From the NCBI GenBank assembly GCA_004764695.1, contig SMSO01000025.1:4938862-5002861 (forward strand): a DNA stretch of 64,000 nt, in the 5' to 3' direction. The position numbers and the translations under genes are program-made. Position 1 is the first letter of the stretch; each line of letters starts with the position of its first letter. Of the stretch, positions 45,650 to 57,550 are shown piece after piece. Source of the DNA: Schizochytrium sp. TIO01 (taxonomy: Eukaryota; Protista; Bigyra: Labyrinthulomycetes). Below the pieces are notes generated by a model. The model had not been told where the DNA came from, did not search any database, and was given only the letters and a program-made list of their open reading frames with translations.

Positions 45650-47507
45650 GGAAATATCTAACATCCTGCTCCTCCACACCCCCACGTACCCAATCTCTCC
45701 TTCTCTACCATTCCTATCGTAAAAAGTGCATCGCTTCTTCTCTCGCCTTGCGCATTGATCTTGATCGTGGAGTTAGAAATTACAGCTAGAATAACGGCAT
45801 CAATAGCAGCAGTAATTAGATTGTATCCACGATGTAAGTCCAGTCGAAAAATGAATGATCATGATCATGCTGTGGGGATGATTGCCAAGAAGCTAATATT
45901 AGTAGACTAGTACCACTTATCATACTAAGCTTTTATCAAGCGTCGTGTCTAATTCTTCCTTGTCCATTTAAACAATCTCAGACTCTTGCAAAACCCAGAG
46001 AACACCTAGTCTCCTACCTGATGCCTTTAAAAGTAAGTAAAAGCTATGTTGTTAATAGTAGGATAACTTTTCGATATTTCTTTTCTTTATAAAAACGAAG
46101 TTAGTCGTTATGGACCTATGATCTGACTTTCATTTCTTCTATTCAAGTTTGTATTTGTTTCTTCGAATTTCAAATTGCATTGGACATACGAATCTTATAC
46201 GTCGTCAAAACTTATTGTATTTCATCTGACAGGTAAGATTAGATATTATCTGGCCTGTAAAAATAAGTGAATTGAGAATCCTCCACACTTGCTAATAAGT
46301 TGACGACGACCGCAACGCTGACGTTCTTAACCGCAAGTCCCGGTTCTCAGCACTGCAAGCACATTTTCCTCTTCTTCTTTCGTTTCATAAAAGTTCAGAC
46401 GAGGGCAGAGAGAAGTGGCCCACTCTGTCTAGGATGTAATTGGAAATAAAATGAGAATAATCAACGTTCATGAAAGGGGGAACAGACTAGAAAGGAAGTG
46501 AGTGGGACATATCATGGTGAGACCAGTCAGACAAATAGGAAACATTTTCAATAGGAATAACTCAGGTTTTGTTATCTTCTTCGCTCATGATAATAAAAGT
46601 GGTAATGATTGAGGGAAATGTTTTCTCTTGAGGATTTCCAAAGAAACTGAAACTTTCCATTTCGAGAAGGATGCTCATCTGCTTCGCTGGGGGTTAGAAG
46701 AGCACGTTGTTTGAAGTTACAGTTTTAGTGCTGTAGACAAGTAATAAACCACATATCCCAGTTGGACATCAAGGAGCGAAGCCTTAGGGATGCCGACTGA
46801 TTTTTCGACCAGGCGCCTTTAAAAGGGAAACGATCGGTCTGGACCTCATGGTCGATTTTGATGACAGCAACATGCTAAATATTGATCAAGAAGTAAAAAT
46901 CATCATAATGATAATAATTAAATAAATAAATAAATAAACGGAGCTATACTTTTTCTTTTTCTTTTTTAACTTTTCGACTTTTTTTAAACTAAAGTTTAAT
47001 CGTGATAGTTAGTATATTACAGAAAGAAAGATTATTTTGTTTAAAAATATCGTTACATTATGCTATTGAAAAAGAAGATTTCTATAAATATGATAAAATA
47101 GTTTTGTTAAACTTTACAAATTATTTAGTAGTAGTGCTAGTAGCAGTATGGCCGAAGTTGTTTGACTTTGTATCATTTTACTTTCTTGGTAGTTGACTCG
47201 TGTCAAAACAACTCCATCTTCAGCGATGGCCTTTTCCAACTATGAAATTCGCGAAGAAGAAGCCATCACTTCGAGTTGGAAGCCCCTCCGTCCTTTCAGG
47301 TTTTGCCATAGAAAAGTACCCAAAGATCGCTCTCGGCCACACACATCACGTTTCTCAGGCGTTCTCGACACAGGCAGGTGTCAGGAAGACCTGGGCAACA
47401 GAGCGCCTTACAGGAGCCACGGATCATCAATCAATCACTCACTCACCTGAGAGAGGAGTGCAAGGATGGCCAAGTTCTCTGTTTCGACCCACCGTCATCG
47501 TCATCGC

Positions 47508-47547
<40 letters not shown>

Positions 47548-47721
47548 GTCATCGTCCTTCCCATCCCACAAAAGCATGTCGAGCATCGTGCAATATTCAC
47601 GCTACGCTATCCCTGATCTGACCTGAGCTGCAGCGCAGTTCGATCACGAGTGTGCGAACCACTCTGCTTCGAGATTGCTTGAACACTCAGCCTGCGACCA
47701 CTGTGCTCCCGCTCACTCCAA

Positions 47722-47753
<32 letters not shown>

Positions 47754-47839
47754 TCCTCAGAAGCCGCGTCTGTGTCTGCCTGTGTTTTCCTCCTGCTCGC
47801 CGCATTCGAGATTGAGCCAAGCTCGCAAGTTAAGTAAGG

Positions 47840-48399
47840 AGGCTTCACAGCAGCACCGTGCTCCAACAACGCCGCCATCGATCGGCCCAGAAGCTCCTGG
47901 TTCACTCACGCCTGGTCCTTCATGGCGTCCATGGCGATGGCGGCCATGACGGCCATGACGGCCATGACGGCCATGACGGCCATGACGGCCATGACGGCCA
48001 TGACGGCGGTGGACGTGCTTTCGGTACTTTCAAGGTGTGCTTCGCACGCTGCAGGCAGAGTCGTCCAATGTGCTACCCGCCACCGCCTTGGAGGCTTCTT
48101 CCTTCTTGAAGGCTTGCTTTGCTTGAATCTTGAAAGCTCGAAAGCTCGAAAGCTTGCTTGCTTGTAAATCCTGGGCAGCTAGCGGAGGCAGATCGATCGA
48201 CAGATGGACAGAGCCTCCGCGAAGCAGGCGTGGAGATGCTGGATATCCTGGATATCCACTCACTCGCTCACTCGCCTGGCTGGCTGGTCTGCCTTCCAGC
48301 TAAGCAGCGCGAGGAAACTCAGAAGAACCGTGCAGGAGCTGCGCACTGAGAGAGTCCTGGTTGACGCGGCGCTGCTCTGCCTGAGCTCGAAGGTGGCTG

Positions 48400-48430
<31 letters not shown>

Positions 48431-49020
48431 GACCTGCAGACTCGCAGACTTGCTCACCAAGATCATGTCGAGCTAGCCAGCGAGCTCTGCGGACATGAGC
48501 TTGAAGGCTGATCGACTGCCAAATTGATCAGCTGCTGGTCTGGTTGGGGAAAGACGGCGCCACAGCACGATTAGGAGCGACGGCATGGCATAACAGCAGG
48601 AGCAGACCCGCAGAGGGGAGGGAGACCATCATCAGCACCGCCATCGCGTTCACGCTAGCGAGCGCCTTGCTCTTCAGAGCGGGATGCGGGTCGCATTTTG
48701 TAGCATTCAATCGATCCCAGAGAATGACTTGCTTCATGATAGACTGACTGACTGACTGGCTGACTGACAGGGCGCTGTTGACTCCGCCCCGCCCCACCAG
48801 GAGAGGATGCAGTCAGTTCGTCTCGAGATGCTCTTGAGCTCGCTCCTCCCTCTCCTGCGATCGAACCCTCGCAGAGGCAACGCTGAGCCGCCATCTCCGC
48901 TGTCTACAGCCACAGCAGACGGTCCATCAGCACTGCCGTGAACGAGGAGGTGACACCATCATGCTGCTTCTCTCCGCCCTTGCCAGGCGGATGAGCGCCC
49001 AACCTAAGCAGCTTGTCTGC
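47840..49020 (-). pseudogene. Possible decayed ankyrin-repeat gene relic
   Basis: Scattered minus-strand fragments KLLRLGAHP, DGVTS, LLVGRGGVNS, ASVNA + DDGLPPL, RVNQ and ALLEHGAAV, broken by frameshifts and microsatellites. Confidence 0.3.
47942..48004. repeat. Perfect 9-bp tandem repeat (GGCCATGAC)x7
   Basis: Directly visible. Confidence 0.95.
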
Positions 49021-49334
49021 GTGCTCGTCTGCGTGCTTGTCTGCCCGTCCCAGTGCGCGAGGCCGTGGCCAGAGGCTGCGCGACACGCTGCGATACAGGG
49101 AATCAACAACGCCAGCCATTGCAGTGGATGTGCATCCAAAGGCGACCCACAAACTACGAGTGGTCTCGCAGGTCCCTCTTCTCTTCTCTAACGCGCAGTC
49201 TCAGCGCCCTCAGTGATGAATGCAGAGGGAAGGAAGCAAGGGGTCTCGCCTGCTAGGAGCGCATAGCGCCTCGCTAGCGGGTTTTGGAATCGCAGAGATA
49301 ACGACGATAAGAGGAGTGACCCTCTTCCTCAGTT

Positions 49335-49366
<32 letters not shown>

Positions 49367-50027
49367 TTTTTTTTTTTTTTTTTTTTTTTCACAGCAGATG
49401 AAGAACGAGCGGAGATCACAAAAGAAAGGGGAAAGAAGCGCGCCGGAAGGCAGTCTCTCTCCCTTTCCCCGCGGGGCCAATCGTTCTGTACTGGTCGCGT
49501 GAACGCGTACGCCGCAGAGCGAGTCTCGGCGCTGCCAATCAATGCTTCCTTTCCTCGCGAGGTCCGGAGGTCTCCAGCTTCGCAAGCCTCGCGCTCAACA
49601 GAACAAACCGCCTTGGTTGAGAATTAATGAATAGTTCCTTTTGCTTTTACTTTATTATTGTTATTATTATTATTATTATCATCATTGATAATTAGATTAA
49701 TCGAAGAAGATACAAACTGTACCTACTGCAGTAGGCACTAGCTAGCCTAGCCTTGTGTGGGAGAGAGAACCTTCTTTTTAAAAATAATGTGCTTCTTTAA
49801 AATCTCTTAAACCAACTAACTGCTGTCAGAGAGAAGTTCCCCGCCGGTTCTTTCAAGTGCAACTTTCTATCAGCGTTCGTCATGAACTTCCGTGTGCCCC
49901 GCGGAACCTCCGCAGAAACAGGCGGCGAGGCTTCTCCAGGGGGGTACACAGCGCCACTTCGTTCGCCACTCTTCAACAGAGATGGCCCTCCTTCCTCAGC
50001 TTCGGACCCACTTTTGAAAGTACTTAT

Positions 50028-50139
50028 ATGAATGAATGAATGCTCAAATGAATGAATGAATGCTCAAATGAATGAATGAATGCTTAAATGAATGCTCAAA
50101 TGAATGAATGAATGCTCAAATGAATGCTCAAATGAATGA
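50028..50139. repeat. Compound (TGAA)n-TGCTCAAA minisatellite
   Basis: Directly visible higher-order units of variable length. Confidence 0.85.
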
Positions 50140-53100
50140 GAGAAATAAAGGGGAGACCCATCGTGGCAATGGACACCGCCCCTTTCGAAGAAGGAAGCTG
50201 AAGCGAGTCGATGCCTCGTTCGCTGAGCACGCGTGCTGATGGGGAGGCTGGTGAGGGGCCCTCTCTGTGTCTGTGTGCGTTGCGAGTCAGCTTCGAGCTG
50301 TAAATCAGCGCTGTGCTACGACTCTGCGCAGAACTCGAAGTCTTCCGAGCAGATTCGAGGAAATCCCAACTTGGAAACAAACAAACAAAGATTGTGCAAA
50401 CCGTTCATTTTTCATCAACCTTAGTTAACAAGAAACCATGCTTATTAGCAGCAGATCAAGAGAAGAAAGAGGGGAGAATCACGAAAACGGGGAACAGTAG
50501 CGACCGCTCCTCTTCGAATCGACGACTGCGAACAATCGGTCGCGGCCTCTCATCATCATCCGGCGACGCCTCCTCTGCTCTGGTAGACCGCTCGAGCGAC
50601 CTCAGACTTGGGACGCTGAGAAGGGCCGTCAGATCGCTCACAGTTCACGCCACTCATTGAAGTTGAGAAGATCGTCGCCGTCACCGCCAAACAAAGAAAA
50701 AGAATGAAAGAATGAATGAATGAAAGAAAGAAAGAAAGAAAGGAAGAATAAATGAATGAAAGAACGAAAGAATGAATGAGGAAAGAATGCATGAATGAAT
50801 GGAAGGAAGCTCAAGCAGCAGAGGTAGCTAGGGCCTAATGGGATCCACTCCTCATTTTGGCTTTTCGTTCCAACTTGTTTTGATCCAAACATCCTGAGAA
50901 ACCTTGAAGATTGTGTAAATTGTTATTCGCATTTCTTTTTTAATGTTTTTTTTTTTTCTTCTTGATAATTTAAAGTTGTTTTTGTAAACTAGAAAAAGAA
51001 GGGCAGGCATGAAAGATTGGAAACGAAGATAACTTGTCAAAGTTGAAAGAAAACCTAAAAGCCTAATTTTCATTTCAATAAATAAATAAACAAACAAACA
51101 AACAAAAATAAAGAAACAAACAAAAATAAACAAACGTTTTCTTCGAGTTCAAGAGTTATCTTGTAGTTGGTTTTGGATTTTATAAACTGCCGCCGTGGTT
51201 AATTAAATCATTCAGAGCAAATGAAGGCCAATCTGGTTTGAAAGGTCGATCCATCTTCCCATCAATCCGCTCCTCAAGCCATCAATCCACCCACCCTTCC
51301 GCAGCTCCATTCCACTCCATTACATTACATCCCATCCATTGCACTGCATTCCCTTTCAGATCCTCAGATCCTCAGCCGCTAGCACCTCCTAATGGCCTCC
51401 TACCCCAAACCCTTTTGCGTTGCGTGGCGAGACCTGTGTGGCCAGGACTCGCGAGGAGCCAACCAAGGCTTCATTCATTCAAAGTCGGCTCAAGCACTGT
51501 AGCTTGCTCACGAACACACACACACACACTCAGTCACGCAGTCACACCTGCGTACATCCAGACACCCATGCTAAGCGCCATGCTCGCTCGTCATGGGCGG
51601 CGCAGCAGCTGAGCGGCTTCTTCGCTGAGTTGGTTCATGGTTTCTCACACGCGCTACTTACTTAAATACGTACTTACTTAAATACTTATTTACTTACCAA
51701 CTTACTTACTACATCAGGCCTTCTCATAGGTGAAAGGAGAATATCGTTGGATTCACTGAGCAAGCAGCGGAAAGCTCGAAGAAGGGGAGCTCCTGAAAAG
51801 CTGATGCTGCTGCGAAGGGCAAGAAAATGCTGAGAGCCAAGCTTCATGAACGTACCTACATTGTTTGTTTCGAGTTGTTTGTTTGTTTGATACAAAGTTT
51901 TCTATTTTTATGCAAGCCTTGAGAAAAGCATTTCTATTTATTTCAAGCCTTGAGAAAAGCTTTTCCAAAATGGAAATCCAAGTTTTTCATTTTGTGTTTT
52001 CCAAGCACCTTAAATAGTTAAGTCTACCCCCTGGCAGGGTCATACAATCCAAACACATTAAGGTGGGTGGGTATCCATGTACATACCTCATTAGACCCCG
52101 AGCTAGCACTGCCTAAGTACCTAGCTAGCTAGCTAGCTAGCTGCTGTATATTCATTCATTCCCGAATCTAAACCAACTCATAGCAAAGAGTCAGAATCAG
52201 CGCGGCAATTGAGCGGAGGTTTATATGCTCTTGAATGCTCGAGCCAAGCCCAGAGAGGGATGGGAGAGCGGCTAAGCGGCTCCTTCTCAGGTCATTCGCA
52301 GTGGAGGCCTTTCCTGCAACGAGGTTTGATCATCCTCAAAACGCCTCGGCAACAGGCTCTGGCCCCGCCGGGTTGCTCTGGCCTCCCCCCTAGCCAGCCA
52401 ATTCTCTCGCCAGCCTGGCTGACTCGGCTCCTCTCATTTCCACTGGCCCTCAATATCCCACATCCCCACCAGCACGGATCCAGTGCTGCCCTCACAGAGG
52501 CTCTCAGTGCCGTTGTGAGTAGGTACCTCTGAAAACTTCGCGCCTCCCCGGAGCCTCCGCCCAAGTGCTCCTTGAAGAGGTGCTTTCTCCGCAACCCATT
52601 TTCGTGGCGCAAGATTCGGCCCTTTTTCTCCCTTCGCCGCCTTCCCTGGGTTGCCCAGGTCGCGCACACTCTTCGAGGCCGGAAGCAGATCTGCGCAACG
52701 CATCGCGGCCGCAATGGGTTGCCCTGATTCTGCGCAGTCGCCGGCCTCTCCTTAGCTAGGGGGTCTGTCTCTGCCTGTCTGCCTTTCTGTCTTATCTTTC
52801 TGTCTTTCTTTCTGTCTGTCTGAAGGGAGAAAGAGGCGCTTTTCCCTTCAAACATCTCTTCGCTTTTCTAAAATCGAAAAGGAAAAAAGTAATAGAAAGT
52901 AGTAGAGCATAAAAACGTTCGCGTTTTTCTGTTTGCTCCCCTTCTATGACGTTCCTCTGTGAAAAGGAAAACAAAATGAAATAAAATGCTTTTTAATAGG
53001 ATCATTTCTGAGGACTTTTCACATATTTGCATTTATATCCATATCTTTCAAAGAACTTCAATGATAACGTTTAATGCCTTTTTTCAAATGTTTTTGTTTT

Positions 53101-53609
53101 TGTTTTTAACTATTTTATAAAAATCAAAAAATACTAAAAGAGATAAAAAGAGATAAATAGAGAGAGAGGCGTTGCCGACCTGAGGCTGAGGAGCGACGAA
53201 GAGGAAGTGTCCCCTGGGAACGTGGGCAGAATGTTTTGATACGAGTACATCTGTGCAGGGTGTTTAGCTTGTATGCGAGGACTGGACTCAAGGTGTGAAG
53301 AAGACATAGGGAAGCTTCGAGGAAGACTTGTGAGGGAGATGGAAAGAAACGCGAAAAAGGGTTGCGCCGGTAAAGTGAGGTGTTTTTAACTTTGCCAGGA
53401 AAGAAAGGAAAGCAACGAAGCAGCAGCAGCACCTGAAGCGACGCTGCTGAGGCATTCTGGAGTCTCGAGGGCATCGGATATGGGGCCTCAGCCTGAATAT
53501 CCGCTTGCGTGCGTGGGGTATTAAGGAGGCCAGGGATGGAACAGCTGCGAAGACGCCCGAATACTGTCAATCAAATGAGTTGTTGATTAGCTCACAAACT
53601 CACTCGTTC

Positions 53610-53751
<142 letters not shown>

Positions 53752-54042
53752 AGTCAGTTTCTTTGCTTTGCTATCCTAGTTTTGATTATTTTCTCTCCTT
53801 TTCTCGACTAAGAAGAAGCAGAAAGAAGAAAGGAGAAAGGAGGATAGATAGACTGAAGGTAGGTCCTATCTACCTGGAAAGTGCTGCAGAAGCAGTGAGG
53901 GACTTGTAAGAACAACGGGAACAACTCCAAGAGCAACAAGAACAACTCGCGCGACGAAGTCCCGCGTGGAAAAGAAACACCAATCAATCAGTGTTCATTC
54001 AATCTTGATTTGATTGGAACAAATGAATAAACAATTCATATA

Positions 54043-54180
54043 TTCATTCATTCATTCACTCATTCATTCATTCAATCGATTAATCATTCATTCGATCAAT
54101 GAATCAATGAATCAATGAACCAATGAACCAATGGATCAATGGATCAGTGGATCAATGGATCAATCATTCAATGAATCAAT
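54043..54180. repeat. (TTCA)n followed by a drifting 8-mer array (TCAATGAA > CCAATGAA > TCAATGGA)
   Basis: Directly visible. Confidence 0.8.
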
Positions 54181-55415
54181 CAGTCCACAATCAGTGAATA
54201 ACGTCCAAAACCCATCGAACAGAGAGGAACCCCCCACTCTTCACTGGCACAGGTGCCAAAGAAGAAGGCGCCCAAGAAAGAAGAAGAAGAAGAAGAAGCA
54301 ACCGCGGATTGTTTGGTTTCACAGAGAGAGCACTCACTCACTCTAATAATTTATGATTCACTCATTCATTCCGCAATGAAAATACGCTTTCAGAAGCTAG
54401 CTCTCTTTCATTTGCATCCATCTCTGTGTGCTGCACAAGCCGGAGCGAAGCCGGAGCGTGGCGCTGATGGAGGGGGGGAAGGAGGGCGCTCTCTCGCAGT
54501 CTGCCTCTCAGTCTGCGTCTCAGAGGCTCCGCTCTGCAGAGCTGAAGAAGGCGCGCTCCGCCTGCTTTGGCATTCTGTCTGATTCTGATCGATCCTTCTT
54601 TCTTTCTCTCTTTCTTTCTCTAACAATCCTTCGGCATTCATTTTGTTTAAACAAGAAAGAAAAGAAAAAGAAAATGAAAATGAAAATGGAGATGCAGATG
54701 AAAAGCAGAATTGCAAAATTGCAAAGTTGCAAGATTTTATGAAGAAAACAAACAAACGATGGGCAGCAGGAGGTAGGACGTGAAGGGAAGAGGTGCGGGA
54801 CCCGAAGAACGCGAGGTTCACTGCGTTCATGTGGCGGGAGGGGCACACGAGGAGGCAGTTCTCAGAGTAGAGGCGAAGGCAGCCAAGGCCAAGGCATGGC
54901 AAGATGCAATTGTAATTTTAACAATGATTGTTTTACTTTTTTTTTTTTTTTTTTTTATAAATTACTTTTATATACAAAAAAAAAATATAAAAAATCATAA
55001 TCATCATCACCACCATGTTAAAAGTTTTTAAAAGTTGGTGTTTTTTAACATAAACAAATTATTTGGAAGGAAAGAAAAGAGGCGGAAAGTATGAAAAGAA
55101 AAGAAAAAGAGAAAGAACTCGAGAAGAAGTGGAAGCAAGGGCCGAATCATTTGAGGGCAAACAAAAAAGAAGGAGAAAGAAGTTCTGGCGAGGCTGACGA
55201 AGTTGAGGAGGTGCTCTGCAGAAGAAGAAGATCAGCAAACCCCAAACTCGAGTCTAAAACTCACAAGCTCAGCAACAACAACAACAACAACAACAACTCT
55301 AGATACGGAGAGCGCACGACAAGTCTCGCTCAAGAAAGCAAATCCCAAACACCCGAACAAACAGATTCTGCAAAAGCAGTGATAGTAGTAGTAGAAGGAG
55401 AAAGAGAAGAACAAG

Positions 55416-56732
55416 ATGATGCTCAACCAGTCCGCAAGAAACGTTGCCCGCAAGACCTCCCAGGCTGCTCTCCGCAGACACTCCACTCAGGCTAAGCTCT
55501 CCAGCCAGCAGCTTATCGACCTTGAGGACAAGTATGGCTGCCACAACTACGCCCCGCTCCCCGTGGCCCTCACCAAGGGTCGTGGTGTCAAGGTCTGGGA
55601 CGTCGAAGGCAAGGAGTACATGGACTTCCTTTCCGCTTACTCTGCGGTGAACCAAGGTCACTGCCACCCCAGAATCATCAAGGCACTCCAGGATCAGGCC
55701 GCCCAGCTCACCTTGACTTCCCGCGCCTTCTACAATGACCAGCTCGGTGAGTATGAGGAGTACATCACCAAGCTCTTCGGCTATGACCGCGTTCTCCCTG
55801 CCAACTCTGGTGTGGAGGCTGGTGAAGCCGCTGTGAAGCTCGCCAGACGCTGGGCCTACGCCAGCGAGAAGGCCATCCCGGACAACCAGGCCGTCGTTCT
55901 CTTTGCGGAGAACAACTTCTGGGGCCGCACCATGTCTGCCATCTCCTCCAGCTCTGACCCAACATCCTACAGACAGTTCGGCCCCTTCATGCCCGGCTTC
56001 GAGCTTATCCCGTACAACGACCTCAACGCTCTCGAGGAGAAGCTCAAGTCTAACCCCAACATCGCTGCCTACTACCTCGAAAACATCCAGGGCGAGGCTG
56101 GTGTCGTCGTGCCCGATGAAGGATACCTCCAGGGAGTCCGTGAGATTACCAAGAAGTACAACGTTCTCATGATCTCCGATGAGATCCAGACTGGTCTTGC
56201 ACGTACCGGTAAGATGCTTGCCGGTGACCACGAGAACGTCCGCCCCGATATGGTCGTCCTCGGTAAGGCTCTCAGTGGTGGTACCATCCCCGTGTCCGCT
56301 GTCCTTGCTGACGACGAGGTCATGACCCTCATCAAGCCCGGTGAGCACGGATCCACCTACGCCGGATCCCCGCTCTCTTGCCGTATTGCTAAGACTGCTC
56401 TCGAGGTCATCGTTGACGAGAACCTTGCTGACCGCAGTGAGAAGTACGGTAAGATCTTCCGTGAGGAGCTTGGCAACCTCCAGAAGGACATTGGTGACGA
56501 CATTATCACGACCGTCCGTGGTAAGGGTCTCCTCAACGCTGTTGTGATTAACGCCACTGATGGCAAGGACGCATCCACTCTTTGCTACGAGATGAAGGAC
56601 CGCGGCCTCTTGGCCAAGCCCACCCACGGTGACACCATCCGCTTTGCTCCTCCTCTTGTTATTAACGACGAGGAGATGAGCAAGGCCCTTCAGATCATCC
56701 GTGACGCCACCTTCGCTGTCTTCAAGAACTAA
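55416..56732 (+). CDS. OAT: Ornithine aminotransferase (class III PLP enzyme), probably mitochondrial
   Basis: [61 protein letters not shown] (PLP Lys), PGEHGSTY and IRFAPPLVI. Arg-rich, acid-free N-terminal presequence. Confidence 0.97.
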   Translation: MMLNQSARNVARKTSQAALRRHSTQAKLSSQQLIDLEDKYGCHNYAPLPVALTKGRGVKVWDVEGKEYMDFLSAYSAVNQGHCHPRIIKALQDQAAQLTLTSRAFYNDQLGEYEEYITKLFGYDRVLPANSGVEAGEAAVKLARRWAYASEKAIPDNQAVVLFAENNFWGRTMSAISSSSDPTSYRQFGPFMPGFELIPYNDLNALEEKLKSNPNIAAYYLENIQGEAGVVVPDEGYLQGVREITKKYNVLMISDEIQTGLARTGKMLAGDHENVRPDMVVLGKALSGGTIPVSAVLADDEVMTLIKPGEHGSTYAGSPLSCRIAKTALEVIVDENLADRSEKYGKIFREELGNLQKDIGDDIITTVRGKGLLNAVVINATDGKDASTLCYEMKDRGLLAKPTHGDTIRFAPPLVINDEEMSKALQIIRDATFAVFKN

Positions 56733-57550
56733 GTTTTCGACGCACGTCAAAAATATATATCCTCAACTTGCTAATTGTTGAGGTCATAAGTTATACCTTC
56801 TTCACCCCACACATACACGAAGCCTCGTCTCTGTGCTACATAGTAAGAGGCATCCTTTTTTTTAAAACGTGATTGGGATTTCACAAATATTGTTTGGTGG
56901 ATCCTAAATCTTTCACATATCCTTCTTCCACCCTACCTACACAAAACAAATAACCCCCCCTGTTTCTGTATAGTCTAGCTAGATCAACTAGTAAAACCCA
57001 AATAAAGGAAAGCACACTTTTCAATATCCTCATATTCATTCTCTTTGTTTTTTGTTTGCTTAATTATAAAAAGTGATAACAGGTACCCGGTCCTCTCCAT
57101 AAAAATAACTTCTCCGTGCTATGATTTCCCTCTGGTGACTGCTGGTGATCAAGCTTTCTGGAGGTAGCTCTTTTTTTTTGGTCCGAGTAAGTAGGTATGT
57201 CTTCTTATGACTTATGACGTAGTTCAACGTGTTGAAACTCATCATGGTCATTTCCTCCCCCCCTTTCACATGAAGATATATGAATGTCATATTCGATGAT
57301 ATCGTTTTCGCAACTCATCTCAAAGTTTCAATAGCAAGATGCTTGTAGATATTCGATTGTTCTGAAAATCATTGGAAAATATTAAAAATCTCATCTATCT
57401 TTAATTAAAGATGAACCACAGAATATTCATATGTACGCAGATCTTAAACAGAGGCAAGCAAGCAACAATGAGTGTTTTAATGAATATTACATATTGGAAT
57501 ACTTGAGGCTGCAAAAATTTGATTAAAAGTTTGAAGATGAATGGATATGG

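Noticed and set aside
51898-51960. About 31-bp tandem duplication containing CAAGCCTTGAGAAAAGC
   Set aside because: Only two copies; most simply a local slippage duplication.
55299-56750. 483-aa antisense ORF over OAT
   Set aside because: Same codon-bias shadow effect as for eEF2.
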